Assembly (NCBI GenBank): GCA_032718475.1 | Contig: JAUCBJ010007777.1 | Span: 1-64,000, forward strand | Length of the DNA stretch: 64,000 nt | Direction of reading: 5' to 3' | Origin: Nemertoderma westbladi | Taxonomy: Eukaryota > Animalia > Xenacoelomorpha | Shown here: one piece after another, positions 22,174 through 32,985 of the stretch | Layout: each line of letters opens with the position of its first letter | How positions within the stretch are numbered: position 1 is the first letter of the stretch | Notes under the pieces: generated by a model | The model's input: only the letters and a program-made list of their open reading frames with translations | What the model was told of the DNA's origin: nothing | Databases searched by the model: none | Made by a program: the position numbers and the translations under genes

Positions 22174-24083
22174 TAAATTGGAGAGATACGCCTATTCCTA
22201 CTATCGGAAGAAACGGTAACAATACCTGCAATATCCTACTGTAAAGTTTGTAAATCAAATCATAAATCCGACCTTCTCACCAAAACAGTAAACCCCAAGT
22301 AAGCGAATATATTGCAGTATCGATCTCTTTTAACCGGTGAGGCAGAAAACAGTCTACGAGCAGACAAACTTCGATAAAACAAAATCCCGCGCAGCGAATC
22401 CTAAAATCAGGCTGACTCACTGACGGACTAAGAGGCTCGTATACTTTGCCGCGGTGTGATTTATATGGTTGGGCGAAGGGACGCTAGCTAGGTACAGAGC
22501 AGATTTGGAGATGTCTAACTAGCGGGCAAAGTGCAGTAAGGACGAAAGTTAATTTTATATATTTTGAGGTGTAAATAATTTCTAACGCGCGTGTGTTAAT
22601 TCTGAACGGTCAAAGCAGTTTTGCTCCTTCACATATATAATTACTGGGTACGGTGTGCATTTACGAATATTCTAATTTTGTAACTTGTAGGTCCAATACT
22701 CACGAATGGTAAGGTTCCTTCCCCTCTTGCGTATTTCCAGGACTCAAATTCAGGCATAAGGTTAATACTACGCCCAGAATTCGGCAATTTTAGGTACCAG
22801 GTCCCTGATACTAAGAAGAGATGTGTTAGTTTACTACGGTAGGCGTACGGGTACTAATAGCTATCCTGGCTCCTATCTAGAATTTTAGTCACCCAGGTAG
22901 TCCAGGTAACTTCCTATTAGGGCGTTGGCGGGGACACGGTAGATGTTAGTATATCCCTGATAGCCTCAATTTATTTGCGCCTAGTGTAAACTGCCCTACC
23001 GCCTGAACGGTACAATCCCAATTCAGGTGAAAACACAGCAACCCCCTAGCCTACAAGTTCTGATGTAATAGACACCGTTGTACGGTAAATAGTCGCACAC
23101 ACACCTGTACTTAGCAAGAGTTAAGCGTACAGTTTGCTGCACCCTAACCAATGTGTATGCCTTGTACCGGTGTGCCTACGTCCTATCTGCGTACTAGTAT
23201 CTGCTCTCTCTCCCTCTCCCCCGTAGGAATATGAAGGTCTACTGCGGTTTTCCCTGAATCAAGACAGTACAGTCCCTATGATGTAATTTTAGGCTTGCAG
23301 CGTGTCACTACGTCTACCTTTGATCTTTTGGTCTTATACTTAGGTAGCAAGGATCGAACGCTGTCTAACCTTTCAGGCGATGGGCGAATAACACTAGATG
23401 GTATTGCGGGTTGTCTCTCGTCTACATTCCCGTGATGTTCCCGTTCATTGCTGCGGCCCGATCTCTAGCTGGCCATCCTGTCCCTGAGTTTGTTCACCGT
23501 AGTGAAACCATATTAAAACAGATAGAAAGGCTGAGAGATGTGACTAGTATTTCTGACTTTATTACAAAACATATAATAACTATTATACAATAAACAATGT
23601 AATCTGAAATAAGACAGAAAGCGAATGATGGAAATTGCAGTGATAACTAATGAACAAATCGCACCTTTATATACTAAATTTGTGCTGCAATCAATCGAGA
23701 AAATTCTCGATTGTTCTATGGGTTCTAACAAGGTTTTAAAGATAGCTTATTGGTCCAGCTAATATATAACTTGCACGACATTGGTTACAATCAAATAACT
23801 ACAGCCTTATTGGTACAGACAAATGCAATTAATTTGTAGCGGTTAATTTAAATGAGTTGAAATTCTGCACAAAAAATAATTCGCACTCACTAGGATTCGA
23901 ACTCGATACCTACTACACATATAATTTCCAACGCTCTACCAACTGAGCTACTGAACCACTTGACCGATAGATGCATAATAGATAGAACCAATACTAATGA
24001 GAACTCAAAGCAATCTTTACAAAGTTAATTCGAATAAAATAAAATTTTGAAAATCCACGGCATTTAGGGAATATAATTCTATA
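22174..24083 (-). repeat. 5' LTR (1910 bp)
   Basis: Direct repeat of 8278-10190, with several minus-strand CCAAT motifs at about 23745-23815 in the presumed U3. Confidence 0.93.
23871..23957 (-). ncRNA. tRNA-like Pol III cassette in the 5' LTR
   Basis: Same A box, B box and T6 arrangement as 9978-10064, with one substitution. Confidence 0.6.
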
Positions 24084-24385
24084 GTGGAAATAGCTTGATA
24101 ATTATCTTAGAGGTCGTAAATATATCCCCTACATTGTTAATAATAATAATTAATACATGTGTTTGTTTTTTTTATCTATTTTTATATATTTCTGGAACTG
24201 AAGTGCAAATATGAATATTATTATTATGAATAAGAAATGAAGGTGAACGAACAACTACAGTAAATGTGGTATTTTGTTTGGCTGTATTTCCTGTATAACA
24301 GATTCATTGAAAGCGAAAGGTACGTATGTAAGTGGCATCATGGAGTTTGCATATAACTATGCGTACATACATACATACGTCTGAG

Positions 24386-27384
24386 CTAGGTCCACTCACC
24401 CTCAGCTGACTCAGACACCACTGTGTATCTATCTAGGTCCACTCACCCTCAACCGACTCAGACACCACTGTGTATCTAATCTAGGTCCACTCACCCTCAG
24501 CTGACTCAGACACCACTGTGTATCTATCTAGGTCCACTCAGCCTCAACCGACTCAGACACCACTGTGTATCTAATCTAGGTCCACTCACCCTCAGCTGAC
24601 TCAGACACCACTGTGTATCTATCTAGGTCCACTCACCCTCAACCGACTCAGACACCACTGTGTATCTAATCTAGGTCCACTCACCCTCAGCTGACTCAGA
24701 CACCACTGTGTATCTATCTAGGTCCACTCACCCTCAGCCGACTAGACACCACTGTGTATCTAATCTAGGTCCACTCACCCTCAGCTGACTAGACACCACT
24801 GTGTATCTATCTAGGTCCACTCACCCTCAGCCGACTCAGACACCACTGTGTATCTATCTAGGTCCACTCACCCTCAGCCGACTCAGACACCACTGTGTAT
24901 CTATCTAGGTCCACTCACCCTCAGCCGACTAGACACCACTGTGTATCTAATCTAGGTCCACTCACCCTCAGCTGACTAGACACCACTGTGTATCTATCTA
25001 GGTCCACTCACCCTCAGCCGACTCAGACACCACTGTGTATCTAATCTAGGTCCACTCACCCTCAGCCGACTAGACACCACTGTGTATCTATCTAGGTCCA
25101 CTCACCCTCAGCCGACTCAGACACCACTGTGTATCTATCTAGGTCCACTCACCCTCAGCCGACTAGACACCACTGTGTATCTATCTAGGTCCACTCACCC
25201 TCAGCCGACTCAGACACCACTGTGTATCTATCTAGGTCCACTCACCCTCAACCGACTCAGACACCACCGTGTATCTATCTAGGTCCACTCACCCTCAGCT
25301 GACTCAGACACCACTGTGTATCTATCTAGGTCCACTCGCCCTCAGCCGACTAGACACCACTGTGTATCTATCTAGGTCCACTCACCCTCAGCCGACTCAG
25401 ACACCACTGTGTATCTATCTAGGTCCACTCAGCCTCAACCGACTCAGACACTACTGTGTATCTATCTAGGTCCACTCACCCTCAGCCGACTAGACACCAC
25501 TGTGTATCTATCTAGGTCCACTCACCCTCAGCCGACTCAGACACCACTGTGTATCTATCTAGGTCTACTCACCCTCATCCGACTCAGACACCACTGTGTA
25601 TCTATCTAGGTCCTCTCAGCCTCAACCGACTCAGACACTACTGTGTATCTATCTAGGTCCACTCACCCTCAGCCGACTAGACACTACTGTGTATCTATCT
25701 AGGTCCACTCACCCTCAGCCGACTAGACACCACTGTGTATCTATCTAGGTCCACTCACCCTCAGCCGACTCAGACACCACTGTGTATCTATCTAGGTCCA
25801 CTCACCCTCAGCCGACTAGACACCACTGTGTATCTATCTAGGTCCACTCACCCTCAGCCGACTCAGACACCACTGTGTATCTCTCTAGGTCCACTCACCC
25901 TCAGCCGACTCAGACACCACTGTGTATCTATCTAGGTCCACTCACCCTCAGCCGACTCAGACACCACTGTGTATCTATCTAGGTCCACTCACCCTCAGCC
26001 GACTCAGACACCACTGTGTATCTATCTAGGTCCACTCACCCTCAGCCGACTCAGACACCACTGTGTATCTATCTAGGTCCACTCACCCTCAGCCGACTCA
26101 GACACTACTGTGTATCTATCTAGGTCCTCTCAGCCTCAACCGACTCAGACACCACTGTGTATCTATCTAGGTCCTCTCAGCCTCAACCGACTCAGACACC
26201 ACTGTGTATCTATCTAGGTCCACTCACCCTCAGCCGACTCAGACACCACTGTGTATCTATCTAGGTCCTCTCAGCCTCAACCGACTCAGACAACACTGTG
26301 TATCTATCTAGGTCCTCTCAGCCTCAACCGACTCAGACACCACTGTGTATCTATCTAGGTCCACTCACCCTCAGCCGACTAGACACCACTGTGTATCTAT
26401 CTAGGTCCTCTCAGCCTCAACCGACTCAGACACCACTGTGTATCTATCTAGGTCCTCTCAGCCTCAACCGACTCAGACACCACTGTGTATCTATCTAGGT
26501 CCACTCACCCTCAGCCGACTCAGACACCACTGTGTATCTATCTAGGTCCACTCACCCTCAGCCGACTCAGACACCACTGTGTATCTATCTAGGTCCACTC
26601 ACCCTCAGCCGACTCAGACACCACTGTGTATCTATCTAGGTCCACTCACCCTCAGCCGACTCAGACACCACTGTGTATATATCTAGGTCCACTCAGCCTC
26701 AACCGACTCAGACACTACTGTGTATCTCTCTAGGTCCACTCACCCTCAGCCGACTCAGACACCACTGTGTATCTATCTAGGTCCACTCACCCCCAGCCGA
26801 CTCAGACACCACTGTGTATCTATCTAGGTCCACTCACCCTCAGCCGACTCAGACACCACTGTGTATCTATCTAGGTCCACTCACCCTCAGCTGACTCAGA
26901 CACCACTGTGTATCTATCTAGGTCCACTCAACCGACTCTGACACCACTGTGTATCTATCTAGGTCCACTCACCCTCAGCTGATTCAGACACCACTGTGTA
27001 TCTATATCTAGGTCCACTCACCCTCAGCCGACTCAGAAACCACCGTGTATCTATCTAGGTCCACTCACCCTCAGCTGATTCAGACACCACTGTGTATCTA
27101 TATCTAGGTCCACTCACCCTCAGCCGACTCAGACACCACTGTGTATCTATCTAGGTCCACTCACCCTCAGCTGACTCAGACACCACTGTGTATCTATCTA
27201 GGTCCACTCAACCGACTCTGACACCACTGTGTATCTATCTAGGTCCACTCACCCTCAGCTGATTCAGACACCACTGTGTATCTATATCTAGGTCCACTCA
27301 CCCTCAGCTGATTCAGACACCACTGTGTATCTATATCTAGGTCCACTCACCCTCAGCCGACTCAGAAACCACCGTGTATCTAGG
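24386..27384. repeat. 47-bp minisatellite (about 64 copies) derived from a PPIP5K exon end plus splice donor
   Basis: Unit CTAGGTCCACTCACCCTCAGCCGACTCAGACACCACTGTGTATCTAT with 46-49-bp variants. Its reverse complement contains GCTGAGG|GTGAGT. Confidence 0.95.
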
Positions 27385-27504
27385 TAAGGCGATACCTTCT
27401 TCCTGCAGTATTGCGTAGACTTTCCTGCGATCCATTAACACGTACTGCATCTCAAGATCGTTTATAACAAATGGATTCCGCAGTTTCGCGTAATTTATTG
27501 CTTT
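27351..27504 (-). CDS. PPIP5K: PPIP5K/Vip1 inositol hexakisphosphate and diphosphoinositol-pentakisphosphate kinase, exon
   Basis: Hand translation [51 protein letters not shown] matches the PPIP5K N-terminal kinase domain. Acceptor ttccag, donor gtgagt. Confidence 0.9.
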
Positions 27505-27656
27505 CTGGAATCACAATAATGAAATCGTTGTCCTACAGATAGATAATAATAATAATAATATCAGCAATAGTAATAGAATACACTAGTTAATGGACGCGAT
27601 TGCCTATGGCAATTGGTTGTGGTAATAATATAAGTCTGAAACAAGTCTAAGTGAAT

Positions 27657-28020
27657 GAGACCCGTTGTGTGTACAGACTCACCTCTAAGGGAAACCCTTC
27701 ACTGAAGAAACTAACTAAAGTCTAGGAGAAAGAGACCCGTTGTGTGTACAGGCTCACCTCTAAGGGAAACCCTTCACTGAAGAAACTAACTAAAGTCTAG
27801 GAGAAAGAGACCCGTTGTGTGTACAGACTCACCTCTAAGGGAAACCCTTCACTGAAGAAACTAACTAAAGTCTATGAGAAAGAGACCCGTTGTGTGTACT
27901 GACTCACCTCTAAGGGAAACCCTTCACTGAAGAAACTAACTAAAGTCTAGGAGAAAGAGACCCGTTGTGTGTACAGACTCACCTCTAAGGGAAACCCTTC
28001 ACTGAAGAAACTAACTAAAC
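27657..28020. repeat. 75-bp tandem repeat (about 5 copies) of a PPIP5K exon end plus splice donor
   Basis: Units start at 27657, 27732, 27807, 27882 and 27957. The reverse complement contains TTTCCCTTAGAG|GTGAGT. Confidence 0.93.
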
Positions 28021-28139
28021 AGTCACAATGAGGCCAATCTTCTATAGGATGATTTAGAATAACAACTTCTTCGAAAGTGATTATTCTAAAGAAATGCATG
28101 TTCTCCAGTCTACTCAATATTTCCTTCATGGGCTTTGAT
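27983..28139 (-). CDS. PPIP5K: PPIP5K/Vip1 exon
   Basis: [52 protein letters not shown], the hallmark WP.CDCL.SF.S.GFPL motif. AG/GT boundaries are in phase with the neighbouring exons. Confidence 0.93.
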
Positions 28140-28433
28140 CTATTGAGGAAATCAAGGTAAACAAAATACATGATAACTCGTTGTTAAGTAAATTAATAGC
28201 AAAACCAAACTTTGCCTAGTTCATATCGTTTCTAAAATATTTTTCGATTTTTTTTTAAAAGTACAAAACATTTATTAAATAATACACGCATATACGTCTG
28301 AATATCAGACTATTTAAACTGATGTGTGAAGGTTTTCTTTATATAAATATTAGTTTTATTTAGTCAGTTTTTCACTCAATCTATCGCTATTAATACCTCA
28401 CCACCCTCCATGGGGTTATTTTCCATTACTTAC

Positions 28434-28522
28434 CTGGATTTCTTCTCCATCGCACAAATTCCGATAGTAATAACCTCAGATAGACCTTCAAGATCATCCG
28501 TTTCACTTCCAGTATAGAAATC
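28434..28522 (-). CDS. PPIP5K: PPIP5K/Vip1 exon
   Basis: DFYTGSETDDLEGLSEVITIGICAMEKKS(R), matching the conserved GIC.M.KK motif. Acceptor tttag, donor gtaagt. Confidence 0.88.
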
Positions 28523-29099
28523 CTAAATATTAAACAACAATCAAAAGGACGCGGGAAATTCAATTTTTTTATATATTTCAAATAAATACTGAAATTGATT
28601 GAAGCAAAATGTATCTCAGTTAAAATAGAGTACTCATTCATTCAAAATCACATTAAAACTGATTTAACATCATAATATTATAATTTACATAAAATTATAT
28701 TGTAATTTATTGATAATCTGATACTACTAATACAGCCTAGCTTGGTACAGAGTCATCCATCAAAAATGAGAGCTACTTGTAGAAAAAATAAAAAGGTGTC
28801 CATTCAGTATTGCAGAAGTCTCAACTCCCACTGAAGTTATTCCAACCGTAAAACGGTTCGTTGGTACCGAAGCAATGATGACGTTGCATGAATAAGAAAT
28901 ATTAATTTCTTAGCGCAATAGCTGCGTTTATTTGCATTCTAAAGTTCAATGTTTTTCGTTTCCGCTGCAGTTTTGCTATTTAAAAGTAACTTTATATATT
29001 TTTGACGCCCAAATTACTTGATTACTTGTTCACTGCAAGGTATCACCGGGTGCGTTCAGTTCTAAAGCAGACACAGGATTCACGGGGAGAATGAAGCAC

Positions 29100-29290
29100 A
29101 CTGAAGGAGCCGCATACAAAGGGGAGACAGAGTCAACTCGGATATTAAACACAGCCGTTCGTGGCGGCTGCCAGAAGCCCCGCAGCGACAGATCTGGCCG
29201 CAATACCTCACAGTTCTCCTGCCCCGTACGACCCTCACGGATAATGGGCTCCCGCTGAACAGCTGCCCCTGGCCCTGGGCAGGCGAGACT
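29100..29290 (-). mobile_element. Fragment of the restriction-like endonuclease of a CRE/R2-superfamily non-LTR retrotransposon
   Basis: Hand translation VQREPIIREG..LRPDLSLRGFWQPPRTAVFNIRV resembles the R.D...RGFW....A.FDVRV RLE motif. GC-rich island in AT-rich DNA. Confidence 0.55.
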
Positions 29291-29827
29291 AAATAGGTCC
29301 CTCGACAGTCTCGTACCTCATTATCCCTACAGTACTAGTTAAATTTCATGTAATCTCATTTAAGATGCATAGAAATCGATGGCATCGAAAAGAGAATCAT
29401 CAAAAGTACATTGGAAAATTTTTTTGGGCTCCCCCTAGCGGACTGCGTGAGATTTTAAATATTTCACTAAAAAGACTACTCCTTCATTATTTTCCATTTT
29501 TATTTTCCGATACCACATTTTTTCATTTTTTTGCCAATTAACATCATATTTTTCACCCACTTTTCGTATTTTCGTTTTCTATATCTGATATTTGGCAATT
29601 TTGATTTTAAAATTATATTTATGGGGGTTTTCGGGGTCGTTGATTTCTACATTAAAAATTTACAAAAAAGGTCTAGAAAAAATATTTATTCTAGAACATT
29701 TTGTATTTTTTATTAAGCTTAGATTATGCTTTAGAACAATAAATAATCAAAAACTACTAGCTTAGCTACAATTTAAATGAAATAATAAAATAAAATTTCA
29801 CACTACATTGTCAATTATTAGTAGTAC

Positions 29828-30084
29828 TTTATTGCATTGACATTCTCGTTCTCCTTCAAACCTGCAATGATAATGAAACAGTAAATAAGGCCATTGGATT
29901 CTCTATAGAGAAACTATATAAATATAAATACCGATTAACGCGTCGTCTTTTTATGTGTGTTCAAGCGCTTTGTAGAGTGATTTACCCCCCCCCCCCCCCC
30001 CCCCCCCCCATCACAAATAGTTTATTATATAATTAACATAGCCTACCTCTTCCGATTGGCTGAAGAATGAACAGAATCTTTCAT
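29828..30084 (-). CDS. Tentative first two PPIP5K coding exons (30047-30084, 29828-29861)
   Basis: MKDSVHSSANRK(R) and FEGERECQCNK splice in phase into the 28522 exon with GT/AG ends. No conserved motif, so this is inference only. Confidence 0.35.
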
Positions 30085-30561
30085 GCGGATTTTTTGACAT
30101 TTTCAGTAAATTAGTTCTTATAATGTGTAATAAATATTGTATAACGAGGCATTACAAACTAATCATAAGTATTCATTATTGAATACAAGCATTTGTGAAT
30201 ACATTTTGTCATTAAATTTTCGATTTTGCTGGAACTGTTTCTGTGACTATATTTTAGTTATCCGCCCATGTGAAATATACCAGGTTTCCACACTCGGCCA
30301 TGGCCATGACCTACTCTACTATATTATAGATATCGATATCTACAGCAGGTCAAAGGTCATATGCATTGCTAAGAGAGACAGACTCTCATGTCCCAAATCT
30401 GTAAATATCAGATGACCACACAAGTAAATATAATACGTAGACTGTATAGGGAGGGAATATTTTATAAAATTTACTGACCAACTCTATCACATAACATAAA
30501 TAAATAACGAATAGTTACGGTTTATAAATATTTATAATGGTTGGCTAGCAATTAGGTAGAT

Positions 30562-30814
30562 CAGATAGGGGGGGAAACTGGACGCAATAAAAATTCATCC
30601 CTCTCCAGGGGAAATTCGACGCAAATAACAGCTGATTATTCTCAAAAATAAAACTGTAACCTGTTCTATAGTGTTTAGTTTATTGTTTTGGTTAAAATAT
30701 CGTGCCGCTGTAACCTGCTCCTTTCCCTAAATTGAGAATTTAACATTGAGGCGGGATATTAATTCGCCGAGGCGGGTTTTGCGTCCAATTCCCCCCCCCC
30801 CCCCCCCCCGTCTC
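30562..30814. mobile_element. hAT-like MITE
   Basis: 8-bp direct repeat AGGTAGAT at 30554-30561 and 30815-30822; inverted ends G-run-AAACTGGACGCAA / TTGCGTCCAATT-C-run. Confidence 0.7.
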
Positions 30815-31275
30815 AGGTAGATAGACTGAATTTGTATGTAGCATCTCGGAAATTAGAGTGGGGTAATGTAGTTTACAGGAGGGGAAACACAGGACCTAAA
30901 CATAGAGCAATATTGATACAACAATTACCTACACACAGATGTAACAACGATGATAGAGAAACTTATAAATAAAAATCACAATTTCTAAATTTTTTGAAAA
31001 ATCATAGTAGTCTTTGTTAAATGTTAGTTGGTATGTTAGCGTCAGAGCATACCACTTAATCTCATCGCCATAACAACAAATACATTTATTTTGGGCATTC
31101 CGCGCCATCTTTATCGATTCGCGAAGTATTAAGATCGATCTGACTTTGTAATTTGGAAGCTTATTTGTTATTGTGATTTGTCTGTTTCTGCCAGCTGAAC
31201 CTCTAGCCGAAGGCCTAGGTCTACCTGACACCATGATGATAATGGCACAATAGATCTCAGGTTATGTTAGCAATC

Positions 31276-32985
31276 TTACAAATCTGTGTCTACATCGATA
31301 TAGGCATTCAACATTACATCAAAGAATGCGACGGTAGAATGGAATCTATAAAATACAACGAGTGGTACTGTTGTGTACCTAATGATAGATGTGAATTCTG
31401 GGGAAAAGTATACATGTAAGATTTTGTGGTAATATGGCTGCTTCATATCAGTAATGCTGTGCATCCAAAGACAAATATTCAGCCAAAACAGAAACACAAC
31501 CATGTGATTAGCAGAAGTAGTTTTATAGCAGTATCCCCTCGTCATTGCATCCAACAAGAATACAGTTTGAATAAGTATTTGAATAATAGAAAACAAGAAT
31601 ATAATACAGCTGGAAAGATTTTGAACAAATATATAGGGATCTTCTTCTGTGTCTAAATTTATTCCCATTATTACCCCAAATATAGCTATTATCATGCTAA
31701 TTAGTGCAACAACTTCAGCTATTACAAGGAGTGCAGCATCCATAGAATCTTCATAACAATCTTGTTTATAATGGTACCTTACCATGTTTGGAAATATAAA
31801 TAGAGCACATCCAGTCGCCAGAATAAGCAATAGCAAGTAGTAACCATGGTAAATGAATAGCCATGTATTCGGATTACTTTCGAAATTATATACCACAATT
31901 AATAAAATTATAAAATCTGCAAGAAATGTAACCACTCCACATATAAGACCAAAATGGTTGATTTTAATGTATTCTTTGCATCTATTCAAATTGAACTTCC
32001 AAGATAAGTTAGATTTCATTGATTCTGGTTTCTTTCCAACATGAACCCACATCTTATAGCAAAATGATGCAACTATTACATTCAATTCTATAGACATAGC
32101 GATAAGGGAAGGATAGGAATCGTTTATGATGTTAACAGTTGAAGGAATCTAAGAACAATGAAATAGTGAGTTAAAATATTAATGAAAATATAAGAAAATT
32201 AAGTTAAACTTGTTAAACAAGAGACTACACAAGAACTACTATGCTCTCATCCTCATCACAGTTGGCCCACAGTTAGCCCACGAACAATGAAAGAACAAAA
32301 TGATAAAATGCAACTAATGATATATATGTGCAAATAAAGTAGTATAAAGAAAACTAACATGTTCACTATTCTCATTGAGATGCACTACATCTTCATATGC
32401 CTCAATAGCTTCGGCCGTTGCTACCAGAACCCATCTGGCAACATTCAACACACCAAGATGGGATAAAGCTAAGCGAACCCCACCGTGATGTTTCTGAATC
32501 GTCACGTTGGAAAATCCACAAATCAAAATGATTTCTAATAACGCTAGTATAGTTGACTGTAGGTACCAAATATGCAATAAAGTATCACTACCTGTATTGA
32601 ATTTTATTACAGCATGAACCATTTGGCCACATCCAAATACTACCACCCCTAACTTGCTATAAATGTTGCCAGATTGTGCAGAGAACGGAACACTTCGATG
32701 TTTTCTATCCAATATGCATATTATAATGAGATACATCGCTGCTATAACTCCAAGAGAATTTGCCACAATGCTGAATATTTCAAGATGATACCAATTACGA
32801 ACACCATCATAGATACTCAGTATGAGAAGGGACATATAGTAGGAAAAGAATATGAGGGCATACATAGCAGTTAGGCATTTAATCAACCAGGTTGTGAATG
32901 ATTCATCATTTGGAGTTTGAGTTTCAACATCGGGATTATGATTTAGTTGTGGAGTTGCTTGTCCGTTTGAAACAGACTTAATCAT
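31276..32985 (-). CDS. OTOP: Otopetrin-family proton channel, two coding exons join(32359-32985, 31276-32148), about 499 aa
   Basis: Many transmembrane helices; SIELNVIVASFCYKMW, QTVFLLDA, FLFWLNICLW and the diagnostic VFYRFHS. Phase-0 intron with donor gttagt (32358) and acceptor ttcttag (32149). Confidence 0.88.

Larger units (their letters stand above)
8278..24083 (-). mobile_element. Full-length, young BEL/Pao-related LTR retrotransposon lacking RT/RNase H and carrying an extra 3' ORF
   Basis: Direct repeats 8278-10190 and 22174-24083 (about 20 differences by eye) flank a 2257-aa Gag-PR-IN ORF and a CCHC ORF. Confidence 0.93.

Noticed and set aside
24386-27384. CRISPR array or real ORFs in the 47-bp repeat
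   Set aside because: The units are contiguous with no unique spacers and no cas genes, in a eukaryotic context. The short ORFs are repeat artefacts.
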